Shown piece by piece: positions 41,837 to 54,500 of a DNA stretch of 64,000 nt. A program made the position numbers and the translations under genes. The notes below the pieces were generated by a model. That model saw only the letters and a program-made list of their open reading frames with translations, searched no databases and was not told the origin of the DNA. Each line of letters opens with the position of its first letter. Within the stretch, counting starts at the first letter, position 1. Origin of the DNA: Kudoa neothunni (Eukaryota > Animalia > Cnidaria); contig OZ199838.1 in the NCBI GenBank assembly GCA_964304625.1, forward strand, positions 6,621,731 through 6,685,730, in the 5' to 3' direction.

Positions 41837-43121
41837 CTCTAAGAACTAATTTTCCATGCTACTTATGTAGTTTATTTCGCGAATATAATGTTAAACTGAT
41901 AAAGTCATTCTAGTTTTGGATATTTGATCCCATTATACGATATTTTTTAGGCAGAGGCTATATCTAAGGCAACGAAGTTCTCAAAACCCATAACAAGCAT
42001 GATTATGCAATTTTATTTTTCAATTACCTTTAACCGATCTAGTTTTTTAATAATTTTTAACAATTTCGTAAAGTTAAGATTTTGGTGAGGATATTGATCC
42101 CATATAATCAAAAATAATATTTTCGTAGACTATAAAACTATTTTGTTGTATTTTAAGTATTTAATCGTCGTAGCCGGGAATAAGAAAACAAACATTACTA
42201 TCAATATTAATTTTAACCACGTATGTAATATTGCACTACTCTGGTTTCTGAGATTGAAAATATATGAGATTGGAACTCAATTCAACCCCTTCGAACTTAA
42301 AATCACATAAGTGATTGAGAGCTAGATATTTAGGGACGATTGGTGTTACAAAGATAAAAATAACATTTAACCATATATAAATATTCAAAATTATCCTTTA
42401 GGTTTTTTTTGTTTTATGATAAACCTTGTCGAATTAAATGCTTTCAGGACTTATTAATTCAAAGTTATTAGAAAGTAAGTTTGGAAAAATAATAAATAAT
42501 TAATAAATCTTTCTTTATTATTAAAAAAACGAATAAATTATAAAAGTGTTATATTTTAATGGGAGACACGTATTCATTGATGTTACCGTGGGTTGTCACC
42601 CCTTGTAATACGTTAAGTAACTGAATGCTTTTGAAAACTTGATTTGCTTTCAGTATTATTTAGACAACTCGTAGAAAGTCATCTGTTGTCAATAATATGT
42701 AAAAAAAGTTTAAAAAAATAAAAACTCGTTTATATTCTTTTGTTTATATATTAACAGAAAATATGTGAATATTTAGATTAATGAAACCGATTAAAGTTAA
42801 AAAAATAGTAAACAATTAAAAATGCATCAACGCAACGAGAAAAAGGAGAATTTTTAGTTTTTAACCTATTATTTAAACATATTTTTGCTTAAGATTTATT
42901 AATTTAAAAAGAAACTAACACTTGGAAAATTCCGTCACCTGCTATTAGGTAAAGCTGGGATTTCGCGCTTGTTGATAATAATTGCACAATATCATGAGGA
43001 GTTCGAATTCTATGGGAAATGTAATTTCATCAGTTAACGATAACTTTACTACACCTTCACACTTAAAATAATTTCATCAAATATCACTCTCCATAAAACA
43101 AAAACACGCTTATTAATTATA

Positions 43122-45041
43122 CAGTAGGTAGCCGATTTTCGGTAACTTGGACTTTCTTCCATTAGAATATTGTTTTAAAATTTTAAACCATATATTTGAT
43201 TTTATTTTTAGGTTTTAATAGTAATTTAAAAAAATTTTAAAAATTGAACATCTAAAAGTGGGGGTTTTTACATTATTAGCGCTTAACTGATTTTCCGTAA
43301 CTTTTCAGTCCTAGGCGGATTTAGCGGTATGCCTTTTTTTACATTTATAATGTCTGAAAAAGTTAAAAATAATAAAATAATAAAACTAAAATATAATTTT
43401 ATTGATTTTTTTAAAAGTATACTAAACAGGAGTGCAAAAATACTACTTTTAGTAAATTTAAGCCCCTTGCTATTTCTACTCTAGACATTATCCTGATTAG
43501 GAAGAAGGATATAGTTTTATCTTATAAAATGGCTTAGCTTCTTCAGAGAGAAAAAATTTTAAACAATGTTTAAATAACGACCTCGATACTTTAGTATATG
43601 ACTGGGTGAGTTATTTGAGATAAAAAAATTGAACTATCTGCTCATAATATCACATGAAAGAAACCAATTGACAAAAGAATTGAACCTAAGCGTAGTAATG
43701 ATCCATGATTGATTTCATTGTTTTAAATCACGATTTAATTTAAAAATATCACTGCTCATGGTTATGCTGCTTATGCCGATTAAAGTTTTGTAGAAAATTG
43801 GTTATCTTATTTTAATGACTAAGTCAAAGGTAACAACGATGGCTGTATCTATAACCATGATGAAACTGCATTATTTTAGTAGAAACAAAGAGGTCCATTA
43901 TTTTTAATGCTATTTTTGTCGAGAGAAAAAAATCTAAAAAATAGTTACTGTTTTGCGGCGTGCATCTACGCCTGGAGGTTGCATTGAATCTCTTGTGGTT
44001 GGAAATCACAAAAACTCTGTTGTTTCAAAAATGCTAAATAAAACATTCCTAGTAGAATACAAATCACACAGGAAAGAATGGATGACTAGGGAAACATTTA
44101 ACAAATATCTCTCTAATTTTGACAATGCATTCAAAACGAAGTACAAGTGAGTTTACTACTTCTTAATAATGCCGTTTGCCACGCCGAAATTCATTTGTCA
44201 AATATCTCTTTTATATTCCTTACAACAAAGTCAACTAATGTTTTGCAACTATTAGACCATTGAATCATCTTCACATTCAAACCAAATTACAAAAACGGTT
44301 TAGTAGAAAGCCATATTGCTGCAGTTAGCAGTGATATAATATACATCCTCCCAAGGTATGCTTCAAACATTGTTCCTAATTATAAATAATGGGACGATGT
44401 TTCAAAGGATATTGTATTTAACTGACTCAAAAAATATGAGTTTCCCCCAGCCGATAAATACGATCGTCCAGTAAATATTAATTTAAGCAGTGAAGAATTC
44501 TGTTGTCTCGGCCCCCTCATTCATTGAGTCTCCCGCTGTATCCTGTTTCGCACTCATCCTGGTTAGCGCCCTAGAAACACTTTTGCAAGACACGACACAA
44601 AACGATTAATATCGAGCATAAGTCAAATATAAAAGAATATATATATCCAACAAATTCTTAGCTGGAAATTCTGAGATTATTCAAGAGTAAGTCATTATGC
44701 CTACATCAAAATACTTTGACGAGCTTGCTCTTTTAATTGTTAAATCTGCGGATTCTGAAACTGAAGATTTAGGATCGGAAGAATTTATATCAGAAAAAGA
44801 CATATTTAAATTTTTAAACAAGCAGAATAAGTATACGACAGAGAGGAATTGATTATCTAGGCGAAACAATGAGTTGAGATGATAAAATTACGACATACGT
44901 CTTTAAAAATATAAATAAAAACAACATTAAATAACATATTATTTCAATGAAAATAGATGAATGTATAAATGAAATTAATTTCTTTAAAATAGGTATATTT
45001 TTTGCGTGCGCAGAAAGTTACTGAATATACGTCGCTGACTG
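43122..45041 (+). mobile_element. Decayed Tigger/pogo (CENP-B/TIGD-like) DNA transposon
   Basis: TA-flanked 27-bp imperfect TIRs (CAGTAGGTAGCCGATTTTCGGTAACTT / AAGTTACTGAATATACGTCGCTGACTG); broken DDE_1 transposase IYNHDETALF...EYKSHRKEWMTRETF...LLLNNAVCH...LQLLDH. Confidence 0.82.
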
Positions 45042-45257
45042 TATAACTACAATTTTATTATTTATATCCACTTTTAAAATAATCTCCAAATAATATATAT
45101 TTTGCTTAGAGTTAAAAAGCAAAAATTTAACGCAGCAGATAAATACACTTGCTCATCGGTACCCTTAGAAATATATATTCGCTAAAAAATTCTAAAATGT
45201 ACAAATGAACTAAAATCCATATTTTTCGAGATAAGTTCGGATGCTCATGTATTACAA

Positions 45258-47495
45258 TTACAAACCGACTGCTCCTCCATCTTTTCTAAAATCTGCTGCC
45301 CCAAACACACTAATCGAATTCGAACGCCTATCTCGTAATACACTGATTCCGGTAACAGCGCTTGAATGTGCTTCTTTTAATCCCTTCATTTTAAAATGAT
45401 TTCTTTTTAAATACCTTTTGATACGAGCTGGGATTGGTTTTACTCGTTCATAATGAACACTAAATAGCTTAATCAATCTGATTAGAATATCTAATGGATA
45501 CAGGTTGGGCATGTAAGGATGAAAGACACGAAAGTGAGAAATTGAGGTAGGAAGGGAGATTTTTTTGATATAGTGGTTGATAATCACTTGCGCTAACGAT
45601 GATGGAATTTTCTTGCCGCCTGTTCCAGAAAACAATCCAACCAAGCGTTTGGATTTTTTCTCTACGATAATTGTGGGGGCCATTGCAGATAATGGCCGAC
45701 TATGATAAAATGGGCTATTTTTCTTAACTTTGGGTTTAGGGCTTTTCTTTGTGTATCTGTTGTAATCTGCCAAATTATTGTTGGCTATGATGCCCGTCCC
45801 AGAAAATGAGAATTTAGCTCCAAACCTATAAATGGGTTGGCATACATACCAAATTAATTGATAAAGATTTCATTAAAACATAATATACTGATGGTTGATT
45901 GTGGAAGTAATAGATATTCCATTTCCGTATTTATCGATGACATTCAATGATGAAGTACCTTCATTACCCAAAGTTTGATAAAATTTTAATGGTGGAAATT
46001 CTATATATTAGGTATGATGAGATACGTATTTCATCATTATTATATTACTTCTACGTAAGAATGATTTTGTTGTCATTATTTTATACATTAGCTATATATA
46101 TATAACTTTAAAAAAATACTACGGCTACACAAACCCCCGAAGGTGGAAGTATCTCGGAAACATCTCGAACTGAACTCTTTATCACATTGAGAAGTTTTTT
46201 ATAATAAATATATTCGGTTTCGTCAGATTGATATGACCTCGGCTCCCTGTTAAGGAATCCTAAACAGCGGAATAAAAATTTTCTCTTTTAAAGGCCTCAC
46301 CTAACATAGATTGAATAATGTAAACAAGAGATGGTCCGCCAGTTCGTTCAGAAGTTGTTATCAAATATTTTGATTCATCAAGGTGAAGTACGAGATATTT
46401 AAGGGGTATCACTCGGTAACGCTCAAAATCTCTTAATCTATGAGGCGCTCTCTTTCGCCTCAATATTTTCATCATTGCTCTAGCCAGGATACCTTGATTC
46501 ATGGCTTTGTAGTTTTTGGATAAAATATAAAGTGATTTTGCCAGCTGAGGATTACGAATTCTTGATCCCACTCTTTTAAGCCGTTTATTTTTGAAAAACA
46601 TACGCCTAATTTCAATTATATTTATGGCGATATAAAAATAAAAACCCTACCTCAATAAGGGATCACGATAGATTTCCCTACGATGAAGTTTGGCGTCTAT
46701 ATAACAATGACGCTTGATTTGCCAGCCTTTATAAGCGATAATAATGGGTAGTTCAAAAAGGGATGACCATTTTGTTTTCCGCCCATTTTCCACAATTTAT
46801 ACATTCCATAAGGGATACCCGGTATTCCAAATGAGTAAGGCCCTAAAAGAAAACCAATAAATAATTTATTTTAGAAATTATTTATATAAATATATATATA
46901 TTGAACCTGATTTCTTTGGTTGAAGGTTGCGAGTAATCATTTTTAATGGGGCGGTCTCTCGAAAATTAAGCGCTCTCAATTTCCCATTTAAAAACACTTA
47001 ACGAAAACCCTCCTCCAGCCAGTCCTATAAAATAATACTCTATTCGATGTTTTAAGTCATCATAACAATCATCTTAAACCTGTGGATTGTAATTCAATAA
47101 CTGAGAGACAAAGCTGAGTAGCTATTGCAGCATCAACGGCGTTTCCTCCATTTTCAAGTTGATAAACCCCCACTCTCGAACATCTTACGTCGTCAGACAC
47201 GACCATACCTTCCTGCGATGTGTCGGTTTAAAACACTTGCCATGTTTGAAGGTAGTTCAGTGAAGAATTGCAAGTCATAATTTCTATTTCGCAATAGATT
47301 GTCGACGTACTTTCTAATAGATCTAATTGAATATCTGTCATCTCCGGATATTCTTTTTTTACAATTACTGCACTGCATGCAAACAATAAAAATCATAAAA
47401 AACTATCAGAATTTTATCAAGCCAACACAAAAATTTATTACTATGTTGATATCGAGATTAGGAAAATAATATCTACACATGTTTGTGAAGTGCAT
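45258..47495 (-). CDS. GGT: Gamma-glutamyltranspeptidase, array copy 5 (canonical motifs; two apparent 1-nt frameshifts)
   Basis: NFRETAP; EG-TSSLNVIDKYGNGISITSTIN; GIIANNNLADY; RPLSAMAPTI; SGTGGKKI; AADFRKDGGAVGL*. Alignment to the other copies needs removal of 1 nt at 47225-47226 and addition of 1 nt at about 46770-46778. Confidence 0.88.
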
Positions 47496-48531
47496 TTGAT
47501 TTCTGGCCAGCACCATTCGTGGAAATAGTAAATACTTATTTTGACACCTTACTAATTTACCTTATACATAATTCAATTGATACAATTGGGATACAATTAT
47601 TTTGCTTAGGTAATAAAACTAAAACGTATGAAGTAAATGAACTCAATTATTTCTCTTTATGTTAACTGAATCTTTTTTTATGTTTTAATTTCATCTGAAT
47701 ATATAAACAGGTTGTTCCGGAGTTTTATTTACTTGCTATGTATCCAAGGAAATGTTTGAATCTTTGATTCTAGCTAGAATTAAACTATTCTAAATGATTG
47801 TTTATCTTTACAATTTGAATCTCTCGTGGTCAGAAAATGACAATCATTATTTAAATATAATCTTTATTAATTTATGAATCTCTAAAATTTCTGAGAACTC
47901 AAAATTATACCAAAAAATGTGTAAAACAACTCGCGGCATGAATTCTGAATGAAAATTCAAGTATGCTGGTTTTTTGATCCTCGATTAAGGTAATCACAAT
48001 TTATATTTGATTATCTATATTCGTTGTTTTTAAATTTTTATTAGCTAAATCCAAAATTAGACTGTACCTACCGTTACGAAAAATTTAATTATATACGAAA
48101 AGCGCACATGCGCGCCGTTAAAATATTGAGTACACACTATATGCGAGCAAATTCAAAAAAATTAATAAAAATCCGTCGCGAAATTTTAAGAATACCAAAC
48201 AATACGTAGAGCAGGGAACTCAACCCGTAATGTTTGAATATATTAAACAGCCAAAGACATTAGCGCCTATCAATAAGCTCTTAAATAATCAGAATAAACT
48301 GATAAATAAATGATGAAATAAGTAATAATTCTCCTTAAAAATTCTCGCGTGCATAACTGTCAATATCACTTAACCCTAAATGACATACATATACACATGT
48401 TAGGGAATTCCAAAAGTTTATTACGAGAAAGCAAATTATTAAATAAATTAGATTAATTGATATTTTATTTTCGCAGAAAAAACGCACTGTAGATACGATA
48501 AATCATCCAAATTGATTAAAAATTACAGTGA

Positions 48532-51500
48532 CTACGAAATTTTTTCTTCAATGATGCTATCTAAGACCAGTTGAGCATATCCAATAAGTCTCTCTTCGTC
48601 GACAATTTCATGTGGTTGATTGCTTTTTGATTGCTAAATTCGAATAAATCAAGCGATGAAATCAAATACGAGTCCAAAAATTTAAAATCTCTCAAAACAG
48701 TAAGTGACACATGATTAACACAAAAAAATATTAACGGGTGGTTTTGAGTAAAATTTTGTGCAATAAATAAATATTTATTTTATAACAGAAAAAAAGGCAA
48801 TCAAAAATTTATAGATAATGATAAAACCTAAACAATTAAAAAGAAAAGTACACTAGTAGAAGTTTTAATCCTTAGTAACCATTGCCTCAAACAGAAATAT
48901 CAATCCCAAAACTGCATTAATCCAAATATTTAAAAAAATCACCAGCTAACAAAAAAATTCTCCTATTCGAAAATAATAAAATACCAGGGCAAAAACAACC
49001 TTCTTCTTCGGTAGCCCGCATTTGATTAGCTTTTGAAGATTTGCAGCCACTGAAAAAAATTTAATATAATCCTTTTAAAAAAATCATTACCAACAACCCT
49101 AGCCTGACCACTAATAAGATCGGCAGAAACCAGTTCTTGAGCAATTCCATCACAAGTATCTATGTGAGAGTTTATAGCACAAAATGAGAACAAAGTTAGC
49201 TACATACCAGATTTACTATCAAAGACAAACACTATTTCATTTAGATCATTTTTTTCATTCCTAAGTTAATTGAGTCAACAAATTATTATTAAAAATATAA
49301 TAAAGCAAATAATTACCTCACTCTAAAAATAATATTATATTTTTTGGGTTTTTCTTCCACTTTAGGCTCTAGTTAAATAAGATACAATTCAAAAACAACG
49401 AGCAATAAAAATATTTTACTTTCAACTTCGCTATCCGGTTTATTTGTGATAGAAGTAGCATCTGCATCTGTATTTGTAACAGCAGCTGTAGGTTCAGCAG
49501 AGTTAGAGAGGGCTTCATTGTTAGAAGTTGCAACGGTAGTTTGAATATCCGCAGCATTAGTTGAGTTTGGAGGTTGTTTTGTTGGTGATCCCTCATTGAC
49601 ATTATTATTTAATGCTGTTGTGGCGGCTGTTGATTGTTCCGGCAACAGAACGTTATCATTTGCGTTGTTGTCTTCTCTTATTTCTTCATCAGGCCATACC
49701 CAGTCGCCATTGATGGATTTGACCATTTTCCCCGATGTCCCAAGTTTACGAGTGACTTTGTTGCTACGTTCTCTTAGATCGAGTGCGTTCTTCTTAAGAT
49801 AGTCTGATAGAAATTCCTTTGTCTATGTGGCCAATTAGACAAATCAATTAATATTCGATAGTAAATTAATCCCCCAAATAATTAAATCAAAAATTACACT
49901 AACTCAAACTATCACTAAAAATATGTTGATTGTGTACAATATTAGTCGGTAATAAAACTGTAAATACACGTGGCGTGATTTTTAAATTTTTGATAGCCGC
50001 AAAAAACAAATAAAAGATTATAAGCATAGCTGAGAAAATGCGAAAAGGGGTGGTTTTTGCCGAAAAATATAAGATGTCAATTTAGATTTAATTCCGTTAT
50101 TTTAGTATATATGCGTCTAAAATTAATTAGAAAAAATTATGGATTATAGCAGTTTGTTAACTTGGTGATATAAACAAACAGATCAAGACTTTTTGTGATT
50201 GCACGAGTGTGTTTTAGTTAAACCTTACGGTACGAAGCAGGTTAATTCTGGCCCCAATTTTAGTATTTCAGTGTTTCTACCATTCACGCACTTATCTATT
50301 TCTTCTACATTTCACGAATTCCTATTAAATTAAATAACGCTTAAATTTTGTATTTCAAAATGTTAAAAATTTTTTAATAATACAACTAATTATTGATTTA
50401 TTTCGTATATTCACACATTACCCAGTCTATTTTAACGATATTTTCATATGATCAGCATCATTATAAATTTTATACATTATTGTTATTTCTTATTTTTTTC
50501 AAAAAAAATCTTTTAATTTGCTTTTAAGGAGTTAACTATTGAATAAAAAACAATCACGTGTCAAACACTACGTAACGTTCATTTATAGGATTAGTCAAAA
50601 ATTACTAGGAACGAGAGTTTTTCGAGTGGTCAGCTCGATTTTTTTTATTGGCAACACGGGGTTCTCCCTTTAGTTTTAGAAGCATATTATAATATGTTAC
50701 GAGCCAATGGACAATGATTTCTTTCATTGCCCATCCTGTACACATGGAATAAAAAATATAATGGATCTGTTCAATTTTTCTATGAATTGAAGAATAATTC
50801 CAACGATTTAATCGATTTTTATGGAACTATAAAACATATTAATTACATACTTTGGCAGTTTAAAAAAAAATTTTCTTAAATAACAAAATTCTGGGGGAAA
50901 TTTTGACCCCATATAAGAATATGAATATACGGCATTTATTCGAGCACCGTCCCGCAAAGGTTAATTGTGTTTGTGGCTTTTTCATATACTGCGAATTTAA
51001 AATCATTACGTTTAATACAAATAATCCCATTTATTAATATTTGATACATCGAGTAAATATATATCATATTACGATTAACTAAGAGAAGTGGGTAATACTG
51101 TAAGATTACAATACAAATACAGTAGTGTACGGGTAGTATGCAATTATGGGCCGTACACGAAATCGCAATAAAACATAAATTAGTAAATATCTAGAAAAGT
51201 TAACTTACATTCATTAAAATTTATAAAATTAATAACATATTAAATCAATATGACTTTAGATAAATTATATTATCAGTAGTTTTTATGCATTTTATGTGCC
51301 GAGCGTAATTATTGCCCGTGCGTAATGATTTTGATTACGCACGTATCACAAGTCACTGTACGTGAATTTTTATCCGGTACTAACCCTCTGACAATCATAA
51401 AAACTATGTACGTGTAAAGTAATTTGGGGTAAAAAATACCCCAACTATTTTTTTCGTTTAAAATGCGAAACATTAAAAAGTTTTCAAAACTAGAATCTAA

Positions 51501-54500
51501 CAAATTTCCAGCCGACAGATTTAGTTTAAACCCCACGATAAGGTGATATATTTATTGTCGACGTATGTGCGAGCGTGTGTTTTTTGAATGAGCGGCTCGG
51601 ATGATTTGTACGATGAATTCTGTTCTTCGGAAAATGAGTGTGAAGATCACATTTGCGAGGATTAGGAGTTTTCAGACGAGCTGGAAATGATTGACATTGT
51701 TATTGATGTTCTTACGAGTAAAGATGGTATTCAATGGAATGCTTCAAAGTTTCGTCCAACAAAAAAAGGTTCGGAGAATAAAATGTATCCACTGTCTATG
51801 CTCAAACAAAATAAAAAAAAATGTTGGACTGATTTTTATTATTTTTTAATAATGAAATAAGTAATGATATCATTTTGTTTACAAAGATGTTTGGAAAACA
51901 TCATTTCGGTGAACAATGGTACTATCTTGATTTGGTAGAATTTTGAGGATAATTAGAACTGTTAATCCTCACGGCCACCCACAAGGATAGACAGAGGCCT
52001 ATAAGTGAGTTATTCAGCCAGGAAGGAAGAGAAATCTATCGGCAATTATTCTCACTTTGCCGCTTCAAACATATTTCCCGAGCATTGCATTTGGATAACT
52101 TTAATACACGAGAAAAACGTAAAAAGTTGGACAAATTCTGTGCCATTCGTGATATATGGGAGAATTGGGTTGACATGCTACCTAAATGTTTTGCTCCGAA
52201 TGAGGATGTAAATGTTGATGAATAATTTGTTTCGTTCGGTGGAAGATGTCCTTTCCGCCATTATATGCCCATGATGTCGACAAAATATGGTATAAAATTT
52301 TGTCCACTGGTTGATCCAATCGCCAATCACGGTTGTAATGCCAGCGTTTACTTGGGAAATAATAATTCGGAGACCAACAGACAAACTAACGTAGGTGAAA
52401 ACATCGTACTCAACCTAACAATTCATTTGTTTGATCCTGGCCGAAATGTTGTCGCTGATAATTTCTTCTCATCGATGTCTCTCGCGAAGAAATTGTTGGA
52501 AAGAAAGTTGACTTTTTTGGGAGCAATGAGAAAAAACAAAAAAGAGATACCATCTTATCCTCATTCTACAAGAAAAAATTCTCTATATTCCAGCATTTTC
52601 TTGTTTCACGATAAATATATGCTGTTATCATATGTGGCAAATCTGTGATTCTTCCAACTTCCGGCACGCATGATAACTCTGTTGCTGGAGAATACCTTAA
52701 GTTCAAACCTCAAGTAATATTGAATTATAATAAAACTAAAGGCGGCGTAGATAATATCGGCAGGAAGCTCGCATCGGTTTTTGTTCGTCAATTGACAAGG
52801 AAACGGCCCCTAGTCGTATTCTTTAGCATAGTCGACTTGTCATTGGTGAATGATTTTGTATTGTATACAGAAATATTTGGTGAATCGAATAATAGACGAA
52901 CCTTCCTAGGGAGATCGCAGCGCGACTGTATAAACCGTTGTTGGCCAAACATTCTACCAATGTATCAGCAAAAAGGAACTTCAATAAAGCAAACATTTCT
53001 CACCAGGAGCCACCTGTAAACATAAAGAAAGCACGACGTGAGTTTTGTCCTCGAGAAAATGATAAAAAAACTACAAGATTGTGGCATAAATGCTACAAAT
53101 TTTTTTGTAGGATACATTCTTCAAACATCTCTTTAGATTGTTCAAAATAAATATTCCCTAAAATTAATGTTTTTGCGCTGGACGCTATATTTGATTACTT
53201 GGATGAATCTAACCATAATATAAAATTACAACATACAGATTTATAATGAATTATTAATGGAGCAGATTAAATCACAATTACCTAGCGTGAGATATGTAAA
53301 TTCATTTCAATTGCGCTTATAAAAATATTATATATATATATATATATATGAATTAAGAGAATCTTGATCTGTTTTAATTTAAACGTAAAAAATAGGTGGG
53401 TTATTTCTGCACCAAAATACCTTACAAGATAAACAAGCAATAAATTTTTTAATATCAAATATATAACAAATATTTTAGTCTTGAATTAAAAAGAAATGCA
53501 TGTTACAGGAATTCATAGAATCTTACACACCAACATTTCCAACATAAGAGGATATATGAATTTTAAAATCGCATTGGGTTCGTTTTCTTAATTGTTTTAA
53601 TTAGTTCCTTATTAACAATTTAATGGCTGAATAAGTTGAATAAATAATTAATTGTTTGTTCATAAATTAACTCGTGTAATTCTTTCATCTTGGCTGTTAA
53701 GCATTAATTAAAATATAAAATCTAGTAAAATGTCCAATTTAAAACTACGGACGTAACAAAAATGAGCTAACCCATAACATATAAGCTAGGTCCTAAATAC
53801 ACATTATAACACCTTACTAAAATTAATAACGTACGCTTGCTTAAGCTTTATTTCAGGAGGGTGTTTCAATAGCACAAATATTATACGATCAGTAACAAGT
53901 TGCCAATAAAATTTAAAAAGTTGAGATGCAGGCGTAATATCACAAAGAATTAGAATTACCGCCCTTAATTTTTCAGCCTAGTAAGTATAAAATAGGTAAA
54001 TAGACTCTAATCCATTGAGTATGCAAGAAATGACAAAATAATGAACACAAACATAATCATGCTCAGCACACAGATAATAAATCCTAAATCAACCTTAAGC
54101 TAATTGGTAGCGATTTCCCAACGAGTAATAATAAATAAATATGTGATTACTGAATTAATATCGAAACAATAATGTAATAATAAATTGAATAATCAAACGT
54201 TAGAAATTAGAAAAAAAATTAACTCATAATTAAAATAAATAATTATTATTTAATGACAAAATTCTTAATTTTTGACGTATGTAAAATTTAACTAAACTCA
54301 CTAGAAAAATACCTTGGCAGATTTGAAAAACTTGTGTTTCAGAAGTGTTTTTGCTTCAGGCCTACTTTGTGGATTTTTCTGGAGACATTCGGCAACCATT
54401 TTTCGGAAAACCTTGGAATAACGTTTGTAAGCATCGGCTTTGCCGTCGACATACGTTTCGAGAGTGGGAGGTTCGTTTTGGAGCGTCATTTTCAATACCT

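Noticed and set aside
48532-49822. Apparent separate gene with a Thr/Asn/Ala-rich, mucin-like ORF (49373-49726)
   Set aside because: It is the low-complexity linker and CCT domain of the OSR1/SPAK kinase whose catalytic exons lie beyond the long intron.
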